From the NCBI RefSeq assembly GCF_054482525.1, contig NZ_CM137006.1: a stretch of 64,000 nt of DNA; one strand, given 5' to 3'. Shown one piece after another: positions 39,433 to 52,118 of the stretch; the first letter of the stretch is position 1, and every line of letters begins with the position of its first letter. A model generated the notes under the pieces. The model searched no databases and was not told where the DNA came from. It saw nothing but the letters and a program-made list of their open reading frames with translations. The position numbers and the translations under genes are program-made.

Positions 39433-40935
39433 ATGAGCGAACCCCTGTTAATTGCCCGCACGCCAGACACAGAACTGTTTTTACTACCCGCTATGGCTAA
39501 CCGTCATGGGCTGATTACCGGCGCAACGGGGACGGGTAAAACCGTTACGCTGCAAAAACTGGCGGAGTCATTGTCGGAAATCGGCGTTCCGGTGTTTATG
39601 GCCGATGTGAAAGGCGATCTGACCGGCGTCGCGCAGGCAGGAACGGCGTCGGAAAAACTGCTCGCAAGGCTTAAAAATATCGGCGTAAATGACTGGCAAC
39701 CGCATGCTAATCCGGTGGTGGTGTGGGATATCTTTGGCGAGAAAGGCCATCCGGTGCGGGCGACGGTTTCGGATCTGGGGCCGCTGTTGCTGGCGCGACT
39801 GTTGAATCTCAACGATGTGCAATCTGGCGTGCTGAATATTATCTTTCGTATTGCTGATGATCAGGGGCTGTTACTGCTCGACTTTAAAGATTTGCGGGCG
39901 ATTACCCAGTACATCGGCGATAACGCCAAATCCTTCCAGAATCAGTACGGTAATATCAGTAGCGCATCGGTTGGTGCCATCCAGCGCGGGCTGTTGTCGC
40001 TGGAACAGCAAGGCGCAGCACACTTCTTTGGTGAGCCGATGCTGGATATCAAAGACTGGATGCGCACCGATGCCAACGGTAAAGGCGTTATCAATATCCT
40101 CAGCGCCGAGAAACTTTATCAGATGCCGAAACTGTACGCCGCCAGCCTGCTGTGGATGCTTTCAGAGTTGTATGAACAATTGCCTGAAGCGGGCGATCTG
40201 GAGAAACCAAAACTGGTGTTTTTCTTCGACGAAGCACATCTGCTGTTTAACGATGCACCGCAGGTACTGCTGGATAAGATTGAGCAGGTGATAAGGCTTA
40301 TTCGCTCAAAAGGCGTGGGCGTCTGGTTCGTTTCGCAAAACCCGTCAGATATTCCGGATAATGTGCTCGGGCAGCTCGGTAATCGCGTTCAGCACGCTTT
40401 GCGGGCTTTTACGCCAAAAGATCAGAAAGCAGTGAAGGCAGCGGCGCAAACCATGCGGGCCAATCCGGCGTTTGATACCGAAAAGGCAATCCAGGAACTG
40501 GGGACCGGCGAGGCGTTAATCTCGTTTCTCGATGCGAAAGGAAGCCCTTCAGTGGTGGAACGGGCGATGGTGATTGCCCCCTGTTCACGAATGGGGCCGG
40601 TGACGGAAGATGAGCGTAATGGCTTGATTAATCACTCCCCGGTGTATGGCAAGTACGAGGATGACGTGGACCGGGAATCCGCCTATGAGATGTTGCAAAA
40701 AGGCTTTCAGGCCAGTACCGAGCAGCAAAATAATCCTCCCGCGAAAGGGAAAGAGGTGGCGGTGGATGACGGTATTCTTGGTGGATTGAAGGATATTTTG
40801 TTTGGCACTACCGGACCACGCGGCGGGAAGAAAGATGGTGTGGTGCAAACAATGGCGAAAAGCGCCGCTCGCCAGGTGACGAATCAGATTGTACGCGGGA
40901 TGTTGGGGAGTTTGCTGGGGGGGAGAAAAAGATAA
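39433..40935 (+). CDS. yjgR: DUF853-family P-loop NTPase YjgR
   Basis: 500 aa; GATGTGKT Walker A; synteny. Confidence 0.9.
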   Translation: MSEPLLIARTPDTELFLLPAMANRHGLITGATGTGKTVTLQKLAESLSEIGVPVFMADVKGDLTGVAQAGTASEKLLARLKNIGVNDWQPHANPVVVWDIFGEKGHPVRATVSDLGPLLLARLLNLNDVQSGVLNIIFRIADDQGLLLLDFKDLRAITQYIGDNAKSFQNQYGNISSASVGAIQRGLLSLEQQGAAHFFGEPMLDIKDWMRTDANGKGVINILSAEKLYQMPKLYAASLLWMLSELYEQLPEAGDLEKPKLVFFFDEAHLLFNDAPQVLLDKIEQVIRLIRSKGVGVWFVSQNPSDIPDNVLGQLGNRVQHALRAFTPKDQKAVKAAAQTMRANPAFDTEKAIQELGTGEALISFLDAKGSPSVVERAMVIAPCSRMGPVTEDERNGLINHSPVYGKYEDDVDRESAYEMLQKGFQASTEQQNNPPAKGKEVAVDDGILGGLKDILFGTTGPRGGKKDGVVQTMAKSAARQVTNQIVRGMLGSLLGGRKR

Positions 40936-40955
40936 GTCAGGTGCGATTTGTCTTT

Positions 40956-40991
40956 GCCTGATGCGACGCTGGCGCGCTTTATCATGCCTAC
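40956..40991. repeat. REP element
   Basis: gcctgatgcgacgctggcgcgctttatcatgcctac. Confidence 0.7.
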
Positions 40992-41095
40992 ACTACTGCA
41001 ATATATTGAATTTTCATGATTTTTCAGGCATGAACGAAGCACACTTTGCTAACAATAATAAAGGGAGCTTTCGCTCCCTTTATTCGTTCATCAGG

Positions 41096-42178
41096 TTACG
41101 ATTTTCTCATTAACAGCCACAGGCTGATTAAGAAGAAGCTGGCGCTTGGCAACAGTGCGCCAATGATCGGCGGGATGCCATAAACCAACGTCAGCGGGCC
41201 GAAGATCTGGTCCAGTACGTAGAAAACAAAACCGAAGCTGATACCGGTGACCACACGCACGCCCATCGGTACGCTACGCAGTGGGCCAAAGATGAACGAC
41301 AGCGCCATCAACATCATCACCGCCACGGATAGCGGCTGGAAGATTTTGCTCCACATGTTGAGCTGATAACGTCCGGCATCCTGACCGCTCGACTTCAGAT
41401 ACTTCACATAGTTGTGCAAACCACTGATGGAGAGTGCATCCGGGTCCAGCGCCACCACGCCCAGTTTGTCTGGCGTGAGGTTGGTTTTCCAGGTGCCGCT
41501 CACCGTCTGCGAACCGGTGATCTGTTTCGGATTGGTCAAATCAGATTCATCAACCTGCGACAGACGCCAGACTTTATGTTCCGGGTCAAACTTCGCGGTA
41601 GCGGCATAACGTACGGATTGCAGACGACGATTCTCGTTAAAGGCATAAATACTGATGCCACCTAACTCCTCGTCACCTTTAACCCGCTCAATGTAGACGA
41701 AGTTGTTGCCATCTTTCGCCCATAAGCCTTGCTGGGTAGAGAGCAACGAGCCGCCGTACATCGCCTGCGCACGGTAGTTACGCGCCATCTGTTCGCCCTG
41801 CGGCGCGACCCATTCGCCAATCGCCATCGTCAGCAAGACCAGCGGAATGGCGGTTTTCATCACCGACAGCGCAACCTGCATACGGGTAAAACCAGAAGCC
41901 TGCATCACCACCAGTTCGCTGCGCTGCGCCAGCATCCCAAGACCAAGCAACGCCCCAAGCAGAGCCGCCATCGGGAAGAAGATTTGCACATCTTTCGGCA
42001 CGCTCAGCAAGGTATACATTCCTGCGCCTAACGCGTCGTAACTCCCCTGCCCGGCTTTTTTCAGCTGATCGACAAACTTGATAATGCCCGACAGCGACAC
42101 CAGCATGAACAGCGTCATCATGATGGTGGTGAAAATAGTTTTACCGATATAGCGGTCAAGTACGCCAAAAGGTTGCAT
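41096..42178 (-). CDS. lptG: LPS export ABC permease LptG
   Basis: MQPFGVLDRYIGKTIF; 360 aa. The ATG overlaps the lptF TGA (TGATG). Confidence 0.95.
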   Translation of the reverse strand: MQPFGVLDRYIGKTIFTTIMMTLFMLVSLSGIIKFVDQLKKAGQGSYDALGAGMYTLLSVPKDVQIFFPMAALLGALLGLGMLAQRSELVVMQASGFTRMQVALSVMKTAIPLVLLTMAIGEWVAPQGEQMARNYRAQAMYGGSLLSTQQGLWAKDGNNFVYIERVKGDEELGGISIYAFNENRRLQSVRYAATAKFDPEHKVWRLSQVDESDLTNPKQITGSQTVSGTWKTNLTPDKLGVVALDPDALSISGLHNYVKYLKSSGQDAGRYQLNMWSKIFQPLSVAVMMLMALSFIFGPLRSVPMGVRVVTGISFGFVFYVLDQIFGPLTLVYGIPPIIGALLPSASFFLISLWLLMRKS

Positions 42179-43278
42179 CACACCGCTCCTTTACGCGAAA
42201 AACTGGCGCGCAGGCGGCGGACCGGCACGGTGTCCCAAAGGTTGAGAACAATCGCCAAAGCCAGATAAATCAGGTTAACGGTCCACATCCACAGCGTCGG
42301 GTCCAGCTTACCTTTACCGCCGTTCGATTTCAGGGAGGTCTGGATCAGGAAGAAAAGTAGATACAGCAGCATGGCTGGCAACATCGACAGTACGCGTCCC
42401 TGACGTGGGTTAACCACGCTCAGCGGTACGACCATAAGTGCCATCATAAACACGGTGAATACCAACGTGATACGCCAGTTCAGTTCTGCGCGGGCACGAT
42501 CGGTGTCAGTGTTCCACAATGTGCGCATGTCCATCTGGTCGGTATCGTTCGGGTCGAGCGCCACCGCCTGGTGACCAATGATCGCCTGATAATCCTGGAA
42601 ATCCGTAATGCGGAAATCACGTAACAGTGCAGTGCCTTCGAAGCGCGTTCCCTGGTTGAGAGTGACGACCTGGGAGCCGTCGCGCAGCTGGGTTAAATGT
42701 CCGGAATCGGCCACCACCACAGAAGGACGTGCATTACCTTTTGGTCGAATTTGTGCGAGGAACACATCTTTGAAATCGCTGCCGTCAACGCTTTCGATGA
42801 ACAGCACCGAGCTGCCATTAGTCGCTTGCTGGAATTGCCCTTGCGCCAGCGCCGCCATGCCAGGGTTCGCTTTCGCTTCTGCTAACACTTCATCCTGATG
42901 ACGCGATGACCACGGTCCCGCCCACATCACGTTAACCGCCGCGACGATTGCCGTGAATACCGCAAGGATCATTGCCGCTTTCACCAGAACCGCTTTGCTC
43001 AAGCCGCAGGCATGCATTACCGTAATTTCACTTTCGGTATACAGTTTGCCCAGCGTCATCAGCAGCCCGAGGAACAGGCTTAATGGCAGGATAAGCTGCG
43101 CCATTTCCGGCACGCCCAACCCGAGAAGGGAGAGCACCAGATTCGCCGGAATATCGCCGTCAACCGCTGCGCCGAGGATCCTCACTAACTTTTGACAGAA
43201 GAAGATCAAAAGCAAGATGAAGAGTATCGCCAGCTGGCTTTTGAGCGTCTCCCGCACCAGATATCTTATGATTATCAC
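42178..43278 (-). CDS. lptF: LPS export ABC permease LptF
   Basis: MIIIRYLVRETLKSQ; 366 aa. Confidence 0.95.
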   Translation of the reverse strand: MIIIRYLVRETLKSQLAILFILLLIFFCQKLVRILGAAVDGDIPANLVLSLLGLGVPEMAQLILPLSLFLGLLMTLGKLYTESEITVMHACGLSKAVLVKAAMILAVFTAIVAAVNVMWAGPWSSRHQDEVLAEAKANPGMAALAQGQFQQATNGSSVLFIESVDGSDFKDVFLAQIRPKGNARPSVVVADSGHLTQLRDGSQVVTLNQGTRFEGTALLRDFRITDFQDYQAIIGHQAVALDPNDTDQMDMRTLWNTDTDRARAELNWRITLVFTVFMMALMVVPLSVVNPRQGRVLSMLPAMLLYLLFFLIQTSLKSNGGKGKLDPTLWMWTVNLIYLALAIVLNLWDTVPVRRLRASFSRKGAV

Positions 43279-43541
43279 TTTAAATACGCCCGTAAAAACT
43301 CGTCTTTTGCAGGATTTTAGCTTGTTTCATGGCTTAAACGTCATTTATTCTCTTGAGTCGTCGAAATCGTCGCTAAGATAATTATACTCAACGGATTCAC
43401 CTCTCAGATTTTGTTCTGACGTGCCAATGCCGTAATAACGTTAAGATTAACACGAAGTCATCGCAACAGCGGACATGAGTTACGAAAGCTTGCAATTCTA
43501 TCTGTAGCCACCGCCGTTGTCTTTAAGATTCAGGAGCGTAG

Positions 43542-45056
<1,515 letters not shown>

Positions 45057-45068
45057 GTTTGCGTTTTA

Positions 45069-45101
45069 CCCTCACCCTAACCCTCTCCCTAAGGGAGAGG
45101 G
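45069..45101. repeat. GC-rich palindromic intergenic repeat (same family as 136-172); also a hairpin after pepA
   Basis: ccctcaccctaaccctctccc-taa-gggagaggg. Confidence 0.45.
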
Positions 45102-45189
45102 AACCGATCGAGCGCAATAGAAATTCATTGCTCATCTTTCAGGGTGAGGAATGCAGCAATATTTAAATCCACCACAAGAAGCCCCATAT

Positions 45190-45633
45190 ATGAAAAACGC
45201 GACGTTCTACCTTCTGGACAATGACACCACCGTCGATGGCTTAAGCGCCGTTGAGCAGTTGGTGTGTGAAATTGCCGCAGAACGTTGGCGCAGCGGTAAG
45301 CGCGTACTCATCGCCTGTGAAGATGAAAAGCAGGCTTACCGGCTGGATGAAGCCCTGTGGGCGCGTCCGGCAGAAAGCTTTGTTCCGCATAATTTAGCGG
45401 GAGAAGGACCGCGCGGCGGTGCGCCGGTGGAGATCGCCTGGCCGCAAAAACGCAGCAGCAGCCCGCGCGATATATTGATTAGTCTGCGAACAAGCTTTGC
45501 AGATTTTGCCACCGCTTTCACAGAAGTGGTAGACTTCGTTCCTTATGAAGATTCTCTGAAACAACTGGCGCGCGAACGCTATAAAGCCTACCGCGTGGCT
45601 GGTTTCAACCTGAATACGGCAACCTGGAAATAA
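45190..45633 (+). CDS. holC: DNA polymerase III chi subunit HolC
   Basis: [14 protein letters not shown]; 147 aa from the internal start. Confidence 0.95.
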   Translation: MKNATFYLLDNDTTVDGLSAVEQLVCEIAAERWRSGKRVLIACEDEKQAYRLDEALWARPAESFVPHNLAGEGPRGGAPVEIAWPQKRSSSPRDILISLRTSFADFATAFTEVVDFVPYEDSLKQLARERYKAYRVAGFNLNTATWK

Positions 45634-48488
45634 TGGAAAAGACATATAACCCACAAGATATCGAACAGCCGCTTTACGAGCACTGGGAAAAGCAGGGCTA
45701 CTTTAAGCCTAATGGCGATGAAAGCCAGGAAAGTTTCTGCATCATGATCCCGCCGCCGAACGTCACCGGCAGTTTGCATATGGGTCACGCCTTCCAGCAA
45801 ACCATCATGGATACCATGATCCGCTATCAGCGCATGCAGGGCAAAAACACCCTGTGGCAGGTCGGTACTGACCACGCCGGGATCGCTACCCAGATGGTCG
45901 TTGAGCGCAAGATTGCCGCAGAAGAAGGTAAAACCCGTCACGACTACGGCCGCGAAGCTTTCATCGACAAAATCTGGGAATGGAAAGCGGAATCTGGCGG
46001 CACCATTACCCGTCAGATGCGCCGTCTCGGCAACTCCGTCGACTGGGAGCGTGAACGCTTCACCATGGACGAAGGCCTGTCCAATGCGGTGAAAGAAGTT
46101 TTCGTTCGTCTGTATAAAGAAGACCTGATTTACCGTGGCAAGCGCCTGGTAAACTGGGACCCGAAACTGCGTACCGCTATCTCTGACCTGGAAGTGGAAA
46201 ATCGCGAATCGAAAGGTTCGATGTGGCACATCCGCTATCCGCTGGCTGACGGCGCGAAAACCGCAGACGGTAAAGATTATCTGGTGGTTGCGACCACTCG
46301 CCCGGAAACCCTACTGGGCGATACCGGCGTAGCCGTTAACCCGGAAGATCCGCGTTACAAAGATCTGATTGGCAAATATGTCATTCTGCCGCTGGTTAAC
46401 CGTCGTATTCCGATCGTTGGCGACGAACACGCCGACATGGAAAAAGGCACCGGCTGCGTGAAGATCACTCCGGCGCACGACTTTAACGACTATGAAGTGG
46501 GTAAACGTCACGCCCTGCCGATGATCAACATCCTGACCTTTGACGGTGATATCCGTGAAAGCGCCCAGGTGTTCGATACCAAAGGTAACGAATCTGACGT
46601 TTATTCCAGCGAAATCCCGGCAGAGTTCCAGAAACTCGAGCGTTTTGCTGCACGTAAAGCAGTCGTTGCTGCGGTTGATGCACTCGGCCTGCTGGAAGAA
46701 ATTAAACCGCACGACCTGACCGTTCCTTACGGCGACCGTGGCGGCGTGGTTATCGAACCGATGCTGACCGACCAGTGGTACGTGCGTGCCGATGTACTGG
46801 CGAAACCGGCAGTTGAAGCGGTTGAGAACGGCGACATTCAGTTCGTACCGAAGCAGTACGAAAACATGTACTTCTCCTGGATGCGCGATATTCAGGACTG
46901 GTGTATCTCTCGTCAGCTGTGGTGGGGTCACCGTATCCCGGCATGGTACGACGAAGCGGGTAACGTTTATGTTGGCCGTAACGAAGACGAAGTGCGTAAA
47001 GAAAATAACCTCGGTGCCGACGTTGCCCTGCGTCAGGACGAAGACGTTCTCGACACCTGGTTCTCCTCCGCGCTGTGGACCTTCTCCACGCTCGGCTGGC
47101 CGGAAAACACCGACGCCCTGCGTCAGTTCCACCCAACCAGCGTGATGGTATCCGGCTTCGACATCATCTTCTTCTGGATTGCCCGCATGATCATGATGAC
47201 CATGCACTTCATCAAAGATGAAAATGGCAAACCGCAGGTGCCGTTCCACACTGTTTACATGACCGGTCTGATTCGTGACGACGAAGGCCAGAAGATGTCC
47301 AAATCCAAGGGTAACGTTATCGACCCGCTGGATATGGTTGACGGTATTTCGCTGCCAGAACTGCTGGAAAAACGTACCGGTAATATGATGCAGCCGCAGC
47401 TGGCGGACAAAATCCGTAAGCGCACCGAGAAACAGTTCCCGAACGGCATTGAGCCGCACGGCACCGATGCCCTGCGCTTCACCCTGGCGGCGCTGGCTTC
47501 TACCGGTCGTGACATCAACTGGGATATGAAGCGTCTGGAAGGCTACCGTAACTTCTGTAACAAGCTGTGGAACGCCAGCCGCTTTGTGCTGATGAACACA
47601 GAAGGTCAGGATTGCGGCTTCAACGGCGGCGAAATGACGCTATCGCTGGCGGACCGCTGGATTCTGGCGGAGTTCAACCAGACCATCAAAGCGTACCGCG
47701 AAGCGCTGGACAGCTTCCGCTTCGATATCGCCGCAGGCATTCTGTATGAATTCACCTGGAACCAGTTCTGCGACTGGTATCTGGAGCTGACTAAGCCGGT
47801 AATGAATGGTGGAACAGAAGCCGAACTGCGCGGTACTCGCCATACGCTGGTGACCGTGCTGGAAGGTCTGCTGCGCCTCGCGCATCCGATCATTCCGTTC
47901 ATCACCGAAACCATCTGGCAGCGTGTGAAAGTACTTTGCGGTATCACTGCCGACACCATCATGCTGCAGCCGTTCCCGCAGTACGATGCATCTCAGGTTG
48001 ATGAAGCCGCACTGGCCGACACCGAGTGGCTGAAACAGGCGATCGTTGCGGTACGTAACATCCGTGCAGAAATGAACATCGCGCCGGGCAAACCGCTGGA
48101 GCTGCTGCTGCGTGGTTGCAGCGCGGATGCAGAACGTCGCGTAAATGAAAACCGTGGCTTCCTGCAAACGCTGGCGCGTCTGGAAAGTATCACCGTGCTG
48201 CCTGTCGATGATAAAGGTCCGGTTTCCGTTACGAAGATCATCGACGGCGCAGAGCTGCTGATCCCGATGGCTGGCCTCATCAACAAAGAAGATGAGCTGG
48301 CGCGCCTGGCGAAAGAAGTGGCGAAGATTGAAGGTGAAATCAGCCGTATCGAGAACAAACTGGCGAACGAAGGCTTTGTCGCCCGTGCACCGGAAGCGGT
48401 CATCGCGAAAGAGCGTGAGAAGCTGGAAGGTTATGCAGAAGCGAAGGCCAAGCTGATTGAACAGCAGGCGGTTATCGCTGCGCTGTAA
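45633..48488 (+). CDS. valS: Valyl-tRNA synthetase
   Basis: 951 aa; class I HIGH-type motif (SLHMGH) and KMSKS. The start overlaps the holC stop by 1 nt. Confidence 0.98.
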   Translation: MEKTYNPQDIEQPLYEHWEKQGYFKPNGDESQESFCIMIPPPNVTGSLHMGHAFQQTIMDTMIRYQRMQGKNTLWQVGTDHAGIATQMVVERKIAAEEGKTRHDYGREAFIDKIWEWKAESGGTITRQMRRLGNSVDWERERFTMDEGLSNAVKEVFVRLYKEDLIYRGKRLVNWDPKLRTAISDLEVENRESKGSMWHIRYPLADGAKTADGKDYLVVATTRPETLLGDTGVAVNPEDPRYKDLIGKYVILPLVNRRIPIVGDEHADMEKGTGCVKITPAHDFNDYEVGKRHALPMINILTFDGDIRESAQVFDTKGNESDVYSSEIPAEFQKLERFAARKAVVAAVDALGLLEEIKPHDLTVPYGDRGGVVIEPMLTDQWYVRADVLAKPAVEAVENGDIQFVPKQYENMYFSWMRDIQDWCISRQLWWGHRIPAWYDEAGNVYVGRNEDEVRKENNLGADVALRQDEDVLDTWFSSALWTFSTLGWPENTDALRQFHPTSVMVSGFDIIFFWIARMIMMTMHFIKDENGKPQVPFHTVYMTGLIRDDEGQKMSKSKGNVIDPLDMVDGISLPELLEKRTGNMMQPQLADKIRKRTEKQFPNGIEPHGTDALRFTLAALASTGRDINWDMKRLEGYRNFCNKLWNASRFVLMNTEGQDCGFNGGEMTLSLADRWILAEFNQTIKAYREALDSFRFDIAAGILYEFTWNQFCDWYLELTKPVMNGGTEAELRGTRHTLVTVLEGLLRLAHPIIPFITETIWQRVKVLCGITADTIMLQPFPQYDASQVDEAALADTEWLKQAIVAVRNIRAEMNIAPGKPLELLLRGCSADAERRVNENRGFLQTLARLESITVLPVDDKGPVSVTKIIDGAELLIPMAGLINKEDELARLAKEVAKIEGEISRIENKLANEGFVARAPEAVIAKEREKLEGYAEAKAKLIEQQAVIAAL

Positions 48489-48508
48489 TCAACACAGTGA
48501 TGAAAACG

Positions 48509-48536
48509 AAGGCCGGCGCATGCGCCGGCCTTTTTT
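48509..48536. terminator. Bidirectional rho-independent terminator (valS / yjgN)
   Basis: ggccggcgca/tgcgccggcc perfect stem followed by tttttt. Confidence 0.85.
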
Positions 48537-48541
48537 ATCTC

Positions 48542-49738
48542 TTACAGAAATGGTAAAGAAGGCATAACTCCCCGAGAAATACTGGCTAAGAAGCCTTTAT
48601 CTGGTTGTTCTTCTTTATTGATTAGAGGAAGGTCATCCAAATCGCCCAGCAAATACGTATTTTTTGCCTGCCAGTCAATCATCCATATTTTCAGCAGTGG
48701 ATAAGCCAGACCGCCCGTAATCCCGGATATCACCACCAACGCACACATGCGATAAAGCATACCGTGGTACGTTAAAGTTGAGCGAAAACGAATACGCCCA
48801 TCATTCAGTGACAGGTTGCTCATAAAATGGTTTCGCAACGACACCGTTAAATAACTTGTGCTAACAGCAATCCCAAAATAATAGATTAACTGCGCGATTA
48901 TCATTTTACGTTGCATTTCCATAAATTGCTGTAAATTCTCAATGTCATCATTTGCATATACAGAACTATCATACGCATTTAATATTTGATCGAAGATAAT
49001 ATAACCAGCAACAGCGAGAAAAGGCAATAAAGCTAAAAATGCGAGAATGGCATATTTTATACAATACGTAGTATCTAATTTCACCTTGAAACGATGTATA
49101 CCGAAACTGGTATTGCTCCAGAGAAAACTCATTACCAGACTATATAAAGTACCATTAAAAATACCAATGGAAACAATACCAACTATTGCCATCAGAACCA
49201 TAGATATAATAACACTACTTGAACTATTGGCATGTAGCATCTTTGTCGAGATAAAGAAAACAGTCCCCATCCCAACGGCCATTAAAATCGGCAAGAAAAA
49301 GGTCACCCACCAGAACCCTTTCATAGAGCAATTAAAACTAAATCTTACGCCGTTGAGACTGGTCATTAAGGCCTGATGACGCAGTCCTTTTGCTGCCATA
49401 AATATAAGCAAAACCAACAGTAACAAAGTCAAAACACAACCAACAAGCGGCATATCTGCTGACACTGTCATTAAGATTGCGAAATAGAAAAAAACAAAAA
49501 AAAGACAACTAACAAAAACATTCCCACCGGTAATTCCATAAGAAAATCGTTGTCCGTTAACTTCCATATTAGCATAAAGATAACGCTTACATTTCATTAA
49601 TGCCCATGGTAAATAGATACCTAGCGTTATAATCGTTAACAACACATTCACCACACAAATAAGAAAATATCTCTCACCTGTACCATGAAAAACAAAAGAA
49701 TGGGACGGAACATCCATTTCATTAATAACTTGAGCCAT
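48542..49738 (-). CDS. yjgN: DUF898 inner membrane protein YjgN
   Basis: MAQVINEMDVPSHSFVFHGTG; 398 aa; multi-pass membrane protein. Confidence 0.9.
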   Translation of the reverse strand: MAQVINEMDVPSHSFVFHGTGERYFLICVVNVLLTIITLGIYLPWALMKCKRYLYANMEVNGQRFSYGITGGNVFVSCLFFVFFYFAILMTVSADMPLVGCVLTLLLLVLLIFMAAKGLRHQALMTSLNGVRFSFNCSMKGFWWVTFFLPILMAVGMGTVFFISTKMLHANSSSSVIISMVLMAIVGIVSIGIFNGTLYSLVMSFLWSNTSFGIHRFKVKLDTTYCIKYAILAFLALLPFLAVAGYIIFDQILNAYDSSVYANDDIENLQQFMEMQRKMIIAQLIYYFGIAVSTSYLTVSLRNHFMSNLSLNDGRIRFRSTLTYHGMLYRMCALVVISGITGGLAYPLLKIWMIDWQAKNTYLLGDLDDLPLINKEEQPDKGFLASISRGVMPSLPFL

Positions 49739-49930
49739 AAAAATTCCCTGAATTAAAAAATCCATTGATATAATTTATAGATACAGACAGTAAAATGTTC
49801 TGCCACGTTACAATACTCTTATCAGTAATAGGCTGGCAAAAACTTTATTGCTTTATAAGACGCTTGCGCACGTAAGAAGAGAGTGGTATTAAACAAATGT
49901 ATAATTACTTTATTTTTATTGGGTTAAACT

Positions 49931-50434
49931 ATGAATAACATTGCGCCGCAATCACCTGTAATGCGTCGCCTGACGCTGCAGGATAATCCTGCTATCGCCC
50001 GCGTCATTCGTCAGGTATCCGCCGAATACGGTCTTACCGCTGATAAAGGCTACACCGTCGCCGATCCGAATCTTGACGAGCTGTATCAAGTGTATAGTCA
50101 GCCTGGCCATGCATATTGGGTGGTTGAGTACGAGGGTGAAGTGGTCGGCGGCGGTGGGATTGCACCATTAACCGGGAGTGAGTCGGACATTTGCGAACTG
50201 CAAAAGATGTATTTTCTTCCGGCTATTCGCGGTAAAGGGCTAGCGAAAAAACTGGCCTTAATGGCGATGGAGCAGGCACGAGAGATGGGCTTCAAACGCT
50301 GCTATCTGGAAACGACCGCTTTTTTAAAGGAAGCCATTGCGCTTTATGAGCATTTGGGCTTTGAGCATATCGACTATGCGCTTGGCTGCACGGGCCATGT
50401 CGATTGTGAAGTGCGGATGCTACGCGAACTCTAA
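49931..50434 (+). CDS. yjgM: GNAT-family acetyltransferase YjgM
   Basis: 167 aa; acetyl-CoA motif RGKGLAKKL. Confidence 0.9.
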   Translation: MNNIAPQSPVMRRLTLQDNPAIARVIRQVSAEYGLTADKGYTVADPNLDELYQVYSQPGHAYWVVEYEGEVVGGGGIAPLTGSESDICELQKMYFLPAIRGKGLAKKLALMAMEQAREMGFKRCYLETTAFLKEAIALYEHLGFEHIDYALGCTGHVDCEVRMLREL

Positions 50435-50470
50435 AAAAATGCCCGCTAGTATGTGCTATCGGGCATTTTA
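50434..50470. terminator. Bidirectional terminator (yjgM / rraB)
   Basis: aaaaaa-atgcccg...cgggcat-ttt. Confidence 0.7.
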
Positions 50471-50479
50471 ATCAATTAA

Positions 50480-50896
50480 TTAGTGGCGAACCCCATCATC
50501 GTCTTCATCGACAAAATCTTCATCGTCGCCATCTTCGCCGTTAGGATCTTCAAAGTAAGTGCCCCAACCGTCGTACTCAACGTCAAATTTCTCCGCCAGC
50601 GTCATCAGTTGTTCAACCTGGGCATCGATCAGATCGGCATTCAACGCGCACTCGCTGAGGATGTCGCAGCAAATCACGATATCACCATCTTCAACTTCCA
50701 GCTCTTCTGGATCGGTCACTTCGTAACCGAGTTTAAACGCTTCAACTGCCGCTTTTTCCAGAGTTTCCAGATCGTCTGCGGAAAGATGGTGTTCGATGGT
50801 GTACAGCGCGTCCGGATCGCTGCCATCTTCCAGTAATTCTTCAATAATCAAACGTGTTTCTTCACGCTGTTCTTCCAGTTGTTCCGGGTTTGCCAT
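50480..50896 (-). CDS. rraB: RNase E regulator RraB (YjgD), highly acidic
   Basis: 138 aa; [29 protein letters not shown]. Confidence 0.93.
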
Positions 50897-50994
50897 GGCT
50901 CATTCCTCTTAATGTCCTGCCGATACTCTTATTGTCACACACCACTGACATTGCCTCCACCTTTGTGACAAAGATTTATGCTTTAGACTTGCAA

Positions 50995-51033
50995 ATGAAT
51001 AATCATCCATATAAATTGAATTTTAATTCATTG
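50995..51033. promoter_or_regulatory. Tandem ARG boxes (ArgR operator) upstream of argI
   Basis: aatgaataatcatccata followed by aaattgaattttaattcatt, resembling TNTGAAT-W4-ATTCAN. Confidence 0.7.
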
Positions 51034-51057
51034 AGGCGTTAGCCATAGGAGGGATCT

Positions 51058-52062
51058 ATGTCCGGGTTTTATCATAAGCATTTCCTGAAATTACTCGATT
51101 TCACGCCAGCTGAACTCAACAGCCTGCTGCAGTTAGCCGCGAAGCTGAAAGCCGATAAGAAAAGCGGTAAAGAAGAAGCCAAACTCACTGGTAAAAACAT
51201 CGCGCTCATCTTCGAAAAAGACTCGACTCGTACCCGATGCTCTTTCGAAGTTGCCGCATATGACCAGGGTGCTCGCGTTACTTATCTCGGCCCAAGCGGC
51301 AGCCAGATTGGTCATAAAGAGTCGATTAAAGACACTGCCCGCGTGCTTGGTCGCATGTATGACGGTATTCAGTATCGCGGCTATGGTCAGGAGATTGTCG
51401 AAACACTGGCGGAATACGCTGGCGTGCCGGTATGGAACGGCCTGACCAATGAGTTTCACCCCACGCAGCTTCTGGCGGATCTCCTCACCATGCAGGAGCA
51501 TTTGCCCGGCAAAGCGTTCAACGAAATGACGCTGGTTTATGCAGGTGACGCGCGTAACAACATGGGAAACTCGATGCTCGAAGCTGCGGCGCTTACCGGT
51601 CTGGATTTGCGTCTGGTCGCGCCGCAGGCATGCTGGCCGGAAGCTGCGCTGGTTACGGAATGCCGCGCCCTGGCACAGCAAAATGGTGGGAATATTACGC
51701 TGACGGAAGATGTCGCGAAGGGAGTTGAAGGTGCTGACTTTATCTATACCGATGTGTGGGTGTCGATGGGGGAAGCAAAAGAGAAATGGGCGGAACGGAT
51801 TGCATTGCTGCGTGAATATCAGGTGAACAGCAAGATGATGCAGTTGACCGGTAACCCGGAGGTCAAATTCCTCCACTGCCTGCCCGCGTTTCATGACGAC
51901 CAAACGACGCTTGGCAAGAAAATGGCGGAAGAATTTGGCCTACATGGCGGTATGGAAGTCACTGATGAGGTCTTCGAATCTGCCGCCAGCATTGTTTTTG
52001 ATCAGGCGGAAAACCGTATGCATACTATCAAAGCGGTGATGGTCGCGACGCTCAGTAAATAA
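51058..52062 (+). CDS. argI: Ornithine carbamoyltransferase ArgI
   Basis: 334 aa; STRTR and HCLP motifs. Confidence 0.97.
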   Translation: MSGFYHKHFLKLLDFTPAELNSLLQLAAKLKADKKSGKEEAKLTGKNIALIFEKDSTRTRCSFEVAAYDQGARVTYLGPSGSQIGHKESIKDTARVLGRMYDGIQYRGYGQEIVETLAEYAGVPVWNGLTNEFHPTQLLADLLTMQEHLPGKAFNEMTLVYAGDARNNMGNSMLEAAALTGLDLRLVAPQACWPEAALVTECRALAQQNGGNITLTEDVAKGVEGADFIYTDVWVSMGEAKEKWAERIALLREYQVNSKMMQLTGNPEVKFLHCLPAFHDDQTTLGKKMAEEFGLHGGMEVTDEVFESAASIVFDQAENRMHTIKAVMVATLSK

Positions 52063-52078
52063 TTGATATCGCTATAAA

Positions 52079-52110
52079 GATGCCGGGAAATACAAAAACA
52101 TCCCGGCATC
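52079..52110. terminator. Bidirectional hairpin (argI / yjgL)
   Basis: gatgccggga...tcccggcatc. Confidence 0.7.
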
Positions 52111-52118
52111 ACATTATT

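Noticed and set aside
46311-47459. 382-aa minus-strand ORF (also 45588-46229, 46750-47136, 47606-48403) antisense to valS
   Set aside because: valS on the + strand is full length with class I synthetase motifs. The antisense ORFs are R/G/V/H-rich low-complexity products typical of the reverse frame of a high-GC3 gene.
51133-51903. 256-aa ORF antisense to argI
   Set aside because: argI is intact with carbamoyltransferase motifs; this is a shadow ORF.
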